A stretch of DNA of 64,000 nt from positions 1,798,001 through 1,862,000 of the forward strand of contig CP110439.1 in the NCBI GenBank assembly GCA_026914245.1, given 5' to 3'. Below, one piece after another: positions 1 through 8,710 of the stretch. Made by a program: the position numbers and the translations under genes. Numbering within the stretch: position 1 is the stretch's first letter; each line of letters begins with the position of its first letter. Source of the stretch: Puccinia triticina (taxonomy: Eukaryota). Under the pieces are notes generated by a model. That model had not been told where the DNA came from. It made no database searches and was given only the letters and a program-made list of their open reading frames with translations.

Positions 1-11
1 ATGGAGTAATC

Positions 12-505
12 TTGTCAACTGGTAGATTAATCGCATCGGGATGGAAACTTCAGTATGAAGGGACCGAAGCTACTTTACTAGATCCTTGTAATAATAGCTA
101 CCCTACCATCTTCCATAATTACTGCTGGTCCCTCCAAACTCTCGCCAACCCGATCCATGCAAGTAAAATATCGCAAGTCCCGTCGTTTGATCCGTATAAA
201 TGGCACATTTGCCTTGGCCACGCCTCCAATGATGTTGTGAAACGCTACCTGAAGATAAACTATCCTGACGTTAAAATCAGATGGTCCCCGTTCTTCTGTG
301 ATTGGTGTGCAAAATCGAAAAGCATCAACCGGAAGTCAACCGGTGTAGAATCACACATCGTGCGAGAAAAGCCGCTAGACTTGATGGTGTTGGATGTGGC
401 TGGGCCGTTTGAGATAGATGTTCACGGAATGAAATACTGCGTCACTCTGAGGGATCACGCAAGCACTTTCTCGTTTGTCGGAGCCATCGAGAGGAAATCG
501 GACGT
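12..505 (+). pseudogene. Copia pol 5' segment (pre-integrase and integrase N-terminus)
   Basis: KPLDLMVLDVAGPF..YCVTLRDHAS..IERKSDV. Rejoins 8711 in frame (DV-PDKIMSW) once the insertion and one ACGT copy are removed. Confidence 0.88.
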
Positions 506-1217
506 TGTGGTGGTCAAAATGGTGGTCAAGTTCATTTTCAATCCTCAAGATCAAGACTCAAGCTTCAAGGCCCAACCCTCAAGATTCCCTCAGTTTCTTC
601 TGGATTCTCTTTCTTACCCCTGTCCCACTCTCTTTATTTTCACTCCCAACTCTTCCCCCCCTCTCACTCACTTATCTTCACATTTCTTGGTCCTAACACA
701 GATTATCTGTTTCTTATTTCTGGATTGTTTTTCTTCTCTCACTCTTCCATTTATCATGTCTCTCATTTTTTTCTGCCCTCTGCTTCATTTTTGTGTTGTG
801 TTTCTTTTCTTCTTTTCTGTTGTCTTTGGTGTGTGCGCGCGCACGGCGCGCGAGGAGATGATGACATGCTTGTGACAGGCCTCCAGGAATCCAAGTTCCC
901 GGCGAACTTGGAGGATAGGAGGCCATAGCACCTGTTCTGATCCAAGTCAGGAGTTATCAAAGCAAGAATCTTTTCCGAGTCCCAAGAGTCAAGAGTCCCA
1001 TCAAGAATTCCCAGAGTCCCTTCCAGAATCCACCTTCCCAACAAACCCAAACCGCCGCCGAGGATCCAAGCCCCGGCGAAATCTCAAAACCACTCCACCA
1101 AAGCTATCACCCCGAATCCCCTACGACTCTTTTCCGGACCATCCGTGAGGGCAGCTCCCAGAGCACCTTTTCCCCTCCCAGCGCTGCCGCCGGCCTAGCA
1201 CCGGACGGAGCTCCATA
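506..1217 (+). repeat. Gypsy-1 5' LTR (TG...TA)
   Basis: Direct repeat of 7995-8706. Confidence 0.95.
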
Positions 1218-1219
1218 TT

Positions 1220-1269
1220 TGGTCCCCCGAGCCGGGATCGAACCAGCGACCTCAAGATTTACAGTCTCG
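1220..1269 (+). promoter_or_regulatory. Primer-binding site complementary to mature tRNA-Tyr(GUA) nt 27-76
   Basis: Reverse complement reads CGAGA CTGTAAA TCTTG AGGTC GCTGG TTCGATC CCGGC TCGGGGG A CCA. Confidence 0.9.
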
Positions 1270-1655
1270 AACTGTGGTTTTGAGGCGTTTGGCGGTTAAA
1301 CTTTTCTTTTTTCTTCTTTTCTTTCAATTCCTATTCATCCAAATTACCGAGAATCGTCGCTGAAACCAGTTGGGTTCCCTTTGTTCTGGACCCGCATCAA
1401 TCCGATCATCTTTGTCCCTCGCCTCGCTCAAGTCGGTCCCGTTCACGTTTCAGGATCAAAACGTTTGAGGACCCGGTCGTTTCTTTATTTCTTTTTTTTT
1501 AGGTGTTCAGTAGCGGGGCATAGGAGCAGCAGAAGTAAGTCCCCTCCACTTAGTAGCACCTCCGAAGTCTACTACGTTGGTCAAAGCATCATCGCCACCG
1601 CTGTGAGCCGCCCCTCGATTCCCTGTTTGGTTTTCCCCTCAGATTTCCCCTTGCG

Positions 1656-3824
1656 ATGGCCGACAACTCTTTGGACCCTCCGCGAGCGAGGATGGTCAAG
1701 ATCAAGCCTCAAAACAAGGCACTGAAGTTCTCGGGCTCGGAAGTCGAGCTGTTTCTGGATGACTACGAGCTAGCTGCGGAATTGGACGGCGCGTCGGATT
1801 ACGACAAGGCTCGTCAGATCGGCTCGTTTGTTGAGGATGGGGAAACCCGGACTATCCTGGCGACGCTCGATGGCTATAAGCCGCCCGATTGGTCGAAGCT
1901 CAAAGCTGCTATGCTGAGCTACTGGGTTGATGTCGACAAGGCTCTGTTCACCGAGAGGGACATCACCAGTTTGGTCAATACGTGGGTAGAAAAAGGGGGT
2001 GTTGCGTCGGTATCGGACTATCACTCGTTTCGCAAGGCTTGGGACCCAATTCAAGCCTACCTGGTCTCGAAGAGTCATGTCGAATCGGCCGAAGAGCTTA
2101 AGAAGCCTTTCTATCAGGCGTTTTCGGAAGGTTTCCAGGGTCGTATTCGGGATCAGCTCATAAAAGAAAATACTCTGATTGTGACACCCGATAATCGGGC
2201 TCGGTTGCCTTCTTTTAAGATTTTGCGAAGCGCAGTCGACACTGTCATGAAAGGACAGATATCTCTCACTTTCGAAGACACAAGAACGTCAGCCCCGGTG
2301 GCTTCTCCTTTCCAAACCGCGAACGATGTGATGAAGAAGATGGGCGAGGATCAGCGCCCGAAGACAACTGATTCTGCTCCTAAAACCGAGCCGTCTATGG
2401 AGGAACTCACCAAGCTTTTCAAAGCATTCGAGCAGTACATGAAAGGAGAAGGTGGGAAGGTCTCGACGTCGACGGAGCGCCCACCGCTAGTGTGTTATTA
2501 TTGTCATCGGGAGCGTCACGGAACGGCTCGATGCCCGGAGCTCCAAAAGGACAAGGAGGCGGGTCTCGTCGAGCAACGAGGTACAAATTTCTTCCTTCCG
2601 AATGGGGCTCTGATTCCCTTCGACCGCAGTCGCCCGATTCGGCATGTAGTCGCTTCTTATCAGCCCTCTTCCTCTTCTGGGCCACCCAGGCCATCGACGC
2701 CCACTCGCCAATCATCCGCTGCCGCTACGACCGAGTACAAGGCAAGCTGTGGGTCATTGCAGCCATGGTACCCCCCAGCGGTATCGTCTCAGTCATTCGC
2801 TGGGGCTTATGAGTCCGATCCGGCTGGAAAGAAGCGGCACAAGGAGCCTCGGCCTTACAAGGCTCCCCTCGTTCCATCTAATCATCCTAAAAGGCCGATG
2901 CGGAAGGCGGCGGGCTCTCCTGCGGACCCCGAAAAGGACAACGCGGAGGAGGAGGCGGAACTCTTCGATCGGATCATGAACGACCCGCAGCCACCTGTTT
3001 CTTCCCTCAAGGAAGCTCCAGTACGACCGGCTACGCCACCAAAAGCTGCCGCACCTCCTAAAGTTAGGTTTGAGCGGGAGGTCTCCCGAGATCATCCTGA
3101 TGCAGTGGACGGCGTCCTCAGAAAAATTTCAGATCTACCAGTTTCGATGACGGTCGCCGAGATCTGTTCAATCTCGCCAGCTGTAGCGGATGGGATGAAG
3201 AGATGGGTGGCCCGGCGTCGCGTGGAGGTCGGCCCAGACGATCTGAAGGTTCACTCCGGGACTCTGGCCGAAGGGACCGAATTCGCAGAATCAACTCCCG
3301 AACCAAACCTCTATTCCTGCCCCCTAGGCTATCTCGCATGCTTGGTCGGAGCTGGGGAGCACTCGTCGTCCCCTCTGATTGACTCGGGCTCCCAGCTTAA
3401 CATCATTTCAGATGCAATGGCGAAGCGCTTCAACCTCACGCCGCGGGTCAACTTCTCATCCGCTGTTTACGGCATCAATAATCAAGCCTGTGAGTTGATT
3501 GGAGTGGCGGAGGATGTCCCTATTCGGGTGGGCAAGAGCATCATAGGCACTTGCCACTTCTGGATCACGCGCCAGGATAGCCCATTCATTTTGGGTCGAC
3601 CATTCCTTATCGACTTCGAGGCTACTTTGTTGTTCTCACCCACTGGCGGGGAAAGGATCATTCTCCCGGATTCGGAGGGCCGCAATATCGAGTTTTCTCT
3701 ATGTCCGGTCGAGAAGGGGCGATGGGAGCGCGAATTCCCGGCTTATGGGAAGAAGGCGGTCATGACTCACTGCGGGAGGATCGTGGAGCTACCTGAAGGA
3801 TCGCCTGACCCGTCTTTTTTATGA
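1656..3824 (+). CDS. gag: Gypsy-1 Gag-protease
   Basis: 722 aa with CCHC knuckle CYYCHRERHGTARC and aspartic protease LIDSGSQLN..ILGRPFL. Confidence 0.92.
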   Translation: MADNSLDPPRARMVKIKPQNKALKFSGSEVELFLDDYELAAELDGASDYDKARQIGSFVEDGETRTILATLDGYKPPDWSKLKAAMLSYWVDVDKALFTERDITSLVNTWVEKGGVASVSDYHSFRKAWDPIQAYLVSKSHVESAEELKKPFYQAFSEGFQGRIRDQLIKENTLIVTPDNRARLPSFKILRSAVDTVMKGQISLTFEDTRTSAPVASPFQTANDVMKKMGEDQRPKTTDSAPKTEPSMEELTKLFKAFEQYMKGEGGKVSTSTERPPLVCYYCHRERHGTARCPELQKDKEAGLVEQRGTNFFLPNGALIPFDRSRPIRHVVASYQPSSSSGPPRPSTPTRQSSAAATTEYKASCGSLQPWYPPAVSSQSFAGAYESDPAGKKRHKEPRPYKAPLVPSNHPKRPMRKAAGSPADPEKDNAEEEAELFDRIMNDPQPPVSSLKEAPVRPATPPKAAAPPKVRFEREVSRDHPDAVDGVLRKISDLPVSMTVAEICSISPAVADGMKRWVARRRVEVGPDDLKVHSGTLAEGTEFAESTPEPNLYSCPLGYLACLVGAGEHSSSPLIDSGSQLNIISDAMAKRFNLTPRVNFSSAVYGINNQACELIGVAEDVPIRVGKSIIGTCHFWITRQDSPFILGRPFLIDFEATLLFSPTGGERIILPDSEGRNIEFSLCPVEKGRWEREFPAYGKKAVMTHCGRIVELPEGSPDPSFL

Positions 3825-6800
3825 TGGGAGTTGATTCGGCGATTGGCAGTTCTAATCAGGAGCCTCAAGTTCTGACCAAAGGATCGACTCCCTCCGCGGA
3901 GGCTCCAATTTCCAAATATTCATCGTCATCTCAGTTCCTTTCATCAAGTTCAGTTTCGGCTCAGAAAATTATCAAAATCCAAAAACATCAAGAAAACCGA
4001 AAAAATATCAAAACTAGTCGACCTTATGGTTTTCAGTCTCCGTCTCATCGTCTCTCTGAAGCTTTCTCTCTCGACCCCTTGAAGCGAGTTCGGCAGGCCC
4101 GCAATTCTAGCGCGAGGGAGGTCGATCAGCAGGGTTTTCCCGTGGGGGCACATTGCCCAAAAGTAAGTCCCCTTCCCTGTATGCACCTCCGGGTAGATAC
4201 TACCGCATCTTCGAAAACATCACCTCGTGCCACACTCGTGAGCAACTCTTTGGAACTCCGCTCTTTCCCCGCGTTAGGCATTCCGTCCGCGTATCACCCT
4301 CGTCTCCGAAACGAGACTAAACTATCTTCCGGTTCTCGTCTCCGCGATGAGAATAAACTAGTTTCGTCCTTTGTGGCCCTCTGCGACGAGGTTAAACTAG
4401 GCCTGTCTGCAATGACCCTCCGCAATGAGGCTAAACTTCCGAGCCTCCGCGACGAGGATAAACTAAAGATCCTCCGCAATGAGGTGAAACTACTCGCTTC
4501 AAGTATGGAAATTCGGATGAGTGTGGAGGAACAAGGTGTACCGTGGAGGAATCGGAGACTAGAAGTAAGTTCTCTCCGATTATGCACCTCCGGGCGTGAT
4601 GCTCCAAACGTTGTCGAAGCTCTACCTTGTGCCACTTTCGTGAGCCGTTCTCCGCCGTCCGGGTTTTCTTACGCAGACAAGGTTCCTTTCGAGGGTTTCT
4701 CAGAGCTTCGGACGTGGGCGTTGCTCCAGCATGGTCTCGGCAGTCAGTCTCAAAAGGTGTTGTTGGATGCTTGGAAAGCGGGCGAGCACGTGGTCTTTGC
4801 CGCCAAGTACAAGCCAGTCTCGAGGAAGATCAAACCCGTCAATCAGCCGATGCCACAGGGACTGAATCTCCCCCTCCGCCAACCCCCCCTTTCCCGCGAT
4901 CCCTATCGGCCCTTGCCCCGCTCTTTGGCGGGCTCATTTCACCCCAAAGGCCGCGTCACTGAGGAACGGCTTCAGGTGGTAAATTTTGGTCCAGACGGCT
5001 GGCTTTGGCCGGACGAATTGAATCTCATCAAGAATGTGCTAGCCGAGCGTAACCAGTCCATCGCCTTTGACGAGTCTGAGCGCGGACTGCTGAAGGATTC
5101 GTATGGCCTCCCTTACATAATCCCGGTCATCGAACACGAACCCTGGCAGAAAAAGCGTATCCCTATACCTGCCGCTAAGCTAGACGAGTACACCAGGATC
5201 CTTCGAGAGCGAGTCCGCACCGGGTTGTACGAGCAATCCACCTCGTCGTATTCGAGCCCGGTGTTCTGCGTCCTCAAATCAAACGGGAAGCTCAGGATCG
5301 TCCATGATCTTCAACCTCTGAACAAAGTTACCGTGAAGGACGCCGGAGTTCCCCCGGCTACCGAAGATTTTGTCGAGTCCTTCTCAGGTCGGGTCTGCTA
5401 CGGGCTCGGGGATATCTTGGGTGGCTACGATGAGCGTGCCCTTGATCCAATCTCACGCCCTTTGACGACTTTTGATACGCCTCTGGGCCGGTTCCAACTG
5501 ACACGCCTCCCGCAGGGCGCCACCAACTCTGTCGCCGTCTATCAAGCGCAGATGATGTGGGTCCTGCAGGAGGAGATTCCGGACCACGCCGGGGTATTCA
5601 TCGATGATGGGGGCATCAAGGGCCCAGTTTCAGATTACAACGATGAAGTTCTGCCGTGGCATCCTGGAGTACGGCGGTTTGTGTGGGAATACGCCACTAC
5701 CCTGGAACGGGTGCTCTTTCGGATTGAGGAGGCGGGGTTGACGGTGTCCGCTACGAAACTAGCGGCTTGCGTGCCGGCTCTGGAGATCGTTGGCCACGTC
5801 GTGTGCAAGGAAGGTCGGCGGATGGCGAAAAACAAAATCAATAAGATCTTGAGCTGGCCAACACCTCTGGACGCCACCGAAGTCCGCGGGTTCCTTGGAG
5901 TGGTCGTGTACGTGCGGATATTCATTCCGTCTCTGTCGCAGATCTGCGTTCCCCTTCGGCGGCTGACGCGCAAGGACGCGGAATTTCTCTGGACCGAGGA
6001 TTGCGAGAAAGCTTTCGAACAGCTGAAGTCCCTTGTGGGGCGCGACATCGTTCTAACCAAGGTGGATTACGGCCCAGATGCCGGACTTCTCAAGCTTGCG
6101 GTCGATTCGAGTTTTCACGCCGCTGGCGCCGTTCTCACTCAAGCCAATGCCAATGGGCTCGACAGGCCCGCGCTCTATGAATCCCTGTTGTTTTCCGAAG
6201 TCGAGTCCCGGTACTCACAGCCGAAGCTTGAGCTATGCGGCGTCGCAAGAATTCTCAAAAAGCTGCAGACGGTCTTATGGGGACAGCACTTCGAGCTTCT
6301 CGTCGACGCACAATCTCTAGTTCAGATGATTAATGCTCCAAGCCTCCCTAATGCGCCAATGACGCGTTGGGTGGCTTTCATACAGTTATTTTCGTTTGAT
6401 ATCACTCATCGGTCGGGCAAATCCTTTACGATGCCGGACGGGCTTTCGCGGCGGCCTCAAGGAGACGAAGAATCCGATCCGCCAGTATCTGAATTTGACG
6501 AGGAGGCTCCTGCCATTAGGCCGTTGTCAGTTTTTTCGACGCACACGGATCTGGAGTACACTGGCTATCAGGAAGGTTTCTGGAGGGATTTGGAACGTTA
6601 TCTCATGACGCTCGCGCGGCCCTTTGGGATGGACTCAGCGGCGTTTCAGGCTCTGCGAAGGAAGGCTACGGATTTCTTTGTTCAAGCAGGCCGACTTATG
6701 AGGCGGGGTAGCCCTCTCCCGAGGATTGTCGTCACCATCCCCAGGAAGCAGCATGAGATTCTTCAGCGCCTACACGAAGACCTAGGTCACCGTGGTACGG

Positions 6801-7834
6801 CGGAGACTTATCGACGGGTGGCCGAACGTTTTTGGTGGCCGTCACTAAAGAAAGCGGTACAGTCTTGGTGCCGAAGCTGCGAAGCCTGCCAGAAGAGAGA
6901 TTTGCGGCGGCCGATGGAAATGCGCTACCCCACGGGCGAGGATACATTGTTTGGTCGGGTCTCCTTGGACGTTGTACACATCAAAGCGAGCGGTGCGAAG
7001 TATCTTATCGTCGCACGTGACGATTTTTCGGGCTGGGTGGAAGCTAAGTTCCTCAACAACATCACCTCCGAAGCTGTCGCCGCGTTCCTGCAAGACCACT
7101 GGACCATGCGATATGGTCTGGCGCGCTCATACTCAACAGATGGGGGGTCAGAATTTGGTGGGGCGCTGGCGGATATGCTCCGGTCTTTGCCGGGCCAGCA
7201 CCGAGTCTCAACGCCGTATTATCCCGAAGCGCAGGGCATGGTCGAGCGAGGGCACGCGCCTCTCAAGGCAGCCCTAGTCAAGTTGGCGGGAGAGTCTGGC
7301 AAGAACTGTCGAAAGTTCTTACTGTTGGTGCTGTTCGCGGATCGCATCTCTACCAAGCGCACAACGGGTTACTCCCCGTATGAGCTGGTGTTTGGACAGC
7401 GCGCCGCCCTTCCCATTGATCTGGACGTCGAGTCTTTCCTTGGAGTGGACTGGGAGGAGGTGCGCGATACCTCCGACCTGCTAGTGGCGCGGTCGAAGCA
7501 ACTCGAGCGCAGTGAAGATTCCCGGAGAGTTGCTTATGACCGAATGATGAAGTCTCGGGCCGAAGCTATCAGGTACTGGCAAGATCGGAACTCGGATCGG
7601 CTGCGTGGTTCTCTCCTTCCCGGAACGCTAGTCCTCGCTTACAATCGGTCGTTGGAGGTCCAGTGGGGCCAGCTCTTTGCCCATAAATGGAACGGGCCCT
7701 ATCGGATCGTCAAGCAGATCGAGGGCGGCTCTTATGTCCTTTCGGAGCTTGATGGAACGGAACTCAAGCGCCGGTTCGCGGCGGATCAGGTCAAGCGGTA
7801 CTTTCCGCGCGGGGGCATTACTGACCAGAAGTAA
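3821..7834 (+). CDS. pol: Gypsy-1 Pol (RT, RNase H, integrase), in the -1 frame relative to gag
   Basis: LPQGATNS, FIDD, VDSS (RNase H), HEDLGH..CRSCEAC, TDGGSEF, GMVERGH, GPY motif. A ~330-aa low-homology N-terminal linker precedes RT. Confidence 0.93.
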   Translation: MMGVDSAIGSSNQEPQVLTKGSTPSAEAPISKYSSSSQFLSSSSVSAQKIIKIQKHQENRKNIKTSRPYGFQSPSHRLSEAFSLDPLKRVRQARNSSAREVDQQGFPVGAHCPKVSPLPCMHLRVDTTASSKTSPRATLVSNSLELRSFPALGIPSAYHPRLRNETKLSSGSRLRDENKLVSSFVALCDEVKLGLSAMTLRNEAKLPSLRDEDKLKILRNEVKLLASSMEIRMSVEEQGVPWRNRRLEVSSLRLCTSGRDAPNVVEALPCATFVSRSPPSGFSYADKVPFEGFSELRTWALLQHGLGSQSQKVLLDAWKAGEHVVFAAKYKPVSRKIKPVNQPMPQGLNLPLRQPPLSRDPYRPLPRSLAGSFHPKGRVTEERLQVVNFGPDGWLWPDELNLIKNVLAERNQSIAFDESERGLLKDSYGLPYIIPVIEHEPWQKKRIPIPAAKLDEYTRILRERVRTGLYEQSTSSYSSPVFCVLKSNGKLRIVHDLQPLNKVTVKDAGVPPATEDFVESFSGRVCYGLGDILGGYDERALDPISRPLTTFDTPLGRFQLTRLPQGATNSVAVYQAQMMWVLQEEIPDHAGVFIDDGGIKGPVSDYNDEVLPWHPGVRRFVWEYATTLERVLFRIEEAGLTVSATKLAACVPALEIVGHVVCKEGRRMAKNKINKILSWPTPLDATEVRGFLGVVVYVRIFIPSLSQICVPLRRLTRKDAEFLWTEDCEKAFEQLKSLVGRDIVLTKVDYGPDAGLLKLAVDSSFHAAGAVLTQANANGLDRPALYESLLFSEVESRYSQPKLELCGVARILKKLQTVLWGQHFELLVDAQSLVQMINAPSLPNAPMTRWVAFIQLFSFDITHRSGKSFTMPDGLSRRPQGDEESDPPVSEFDEEAPAIRPLSVFSTHTDLEYTGYQEGFWRDLERYLMTLARPFGMDSAAFQALRRKATDFFVQAGRLMRRGSPLPRIVVTIPRKQHEILQRLHEDLGHRGTAETYRRVAERFWWPSLKKAVQSWCRSCEACQKRDLRRPMEMRYPTGEDTLFGRVSLDVVHIKASGAKYLIVARDDFSGWVEAKFLNNITSEAVAAFLQDHWTMRYGLARSYSTDGGSEFGGALADMLRSLPGQHRVSTPYYPEAQGMVERGHAPLKAALVKLAGESGKNCRKFLLLVLFADRISTKRTTGYSPYELVFGQRAALPIDLDVESFLGVDWEEVRDTSDLLVARSKQLERSEDSRRVAYDRMMKSRAEAIRYWQDRNSDRLRGSLLPGTLVLAYNRSLEVQWGQLFAHKWNGPYRIVKQIEGGSYVLSELDGTELKRRFAADQVKRYFPRGGITDQK

Positions 7835-7994
7835 GTCCCCCTCCTTAGTATGCACCTTGGGTTCTACTACCATTAGTCGTAAGCATTACTTTAGCCACTC
7901 CTGTGAGCCATGCGTGGGACCCGTTTGCTTTTCTTCTTTCAGTCTACGGCAAGGAACGGAGCAGTCTAGGGACAGACTGTAAATGGTGGGGTGA

Positions 7995-8706
7995 TGTGGT
8001 GGTCAAAATGGTGGTCAAGTTCATTTTCAATCCTCAAGATCAAGACTCAAGCTTCAAGGCCCAACCCTCAAGATTCCCTCAGTTTCTTCTGGATTCTCTT
8101 TCTTACCCCTGTCCCACTCTCTTTATTTTCACTCCCAACTCTTCCCCCCCTCTCACTCACTTATCTTCACATTTCTTGGTCCTAACACAGATTATCTGTT
8201 TCTTATTTCTGGATTGTTTTTCTTCTCTCACTCTTCCATTTATCATGTCTCTCATTTTTTTCTGCCCTCTGCTTCATTTTTGTGTTGTGTTTCTTTTCTT
8301 CTTTTCTGTTGTCTTTGGTGTGTGCGCGCGCACGGCGCGCGAGGAGATGATGACATGCTTGTGACAGGCCTCCAGGAATCCAAGTTCCCGGCGAACTTGG
8401 AGGATAGGAGGCCATAGCACCTGTTCTGATCCAAGTCAGGAGTTATCAAAGCAAGAATCTTTTCCGAGTCCCAAGAGTCAAGAGTCCCATCAAGAATTCC
8501 CAGAGTCCCTTCCAGAATCCACCTTCCCAACAAACCCAAACCGCCACCGAGGATCCAAGCCCCGGCGAAATCTCAAAACCACTCCACCAAAGCTATCACC
8601 CCGAATCCCCTACGACTCTTTTCCGGACCATCCGTGAGGGCAGCTCCCAGAGCACCTTTTCCCCTCCCAGCGCTGCCGCCGGCCTAGCACCGGACGGAGC
8701 TCCATA
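7995..8706 (+). repeat. Gypsy-1 3' LTR
   Basis: Direct repeat of 506-1217. Confidence 0.95.
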
Positions 8707-8710
8707 ACGT

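Larger units (their letters stand above)
506..8706 (+). mobile_element. Full-length Ty3/Gypsy LTR retrotransposon (Gypsy-1)
   Basis: 712-bp LTRs at 506-1217 and 7995-8706, with one mismatch seen (1057 G / 8546 A). 4-bp TSD ACGT at 502-505 and 8707-8710. PBS, PPT-like 7981-7994, gag-PR and RT-RH-IN ORFs. Confidence 0.97.

Noticed and set aside
506..1050. Hydrophobic or Lys-rich ORFs in LTRs (also 7903-8539 and 57432-57989), env-like
   Set aside because: They come from T/C-rich LTR composition and show no env features.
1220..1269. tRNA-Tyr gene on the minus strand
   Set aside because: It lacks the 5' acceptor strand and D arm, has an encoded CCA and abuts the LTR, so it is a PBS.
1531..1575. 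Hairpin, hammerhead or twister ribozyme in the Gypsy-1 repeated motif or LTR
   Set aside because: Catalytic core motifs and topology do not match by eye. The consistent downstream pyrimidine tract and YAG fit an intron better.
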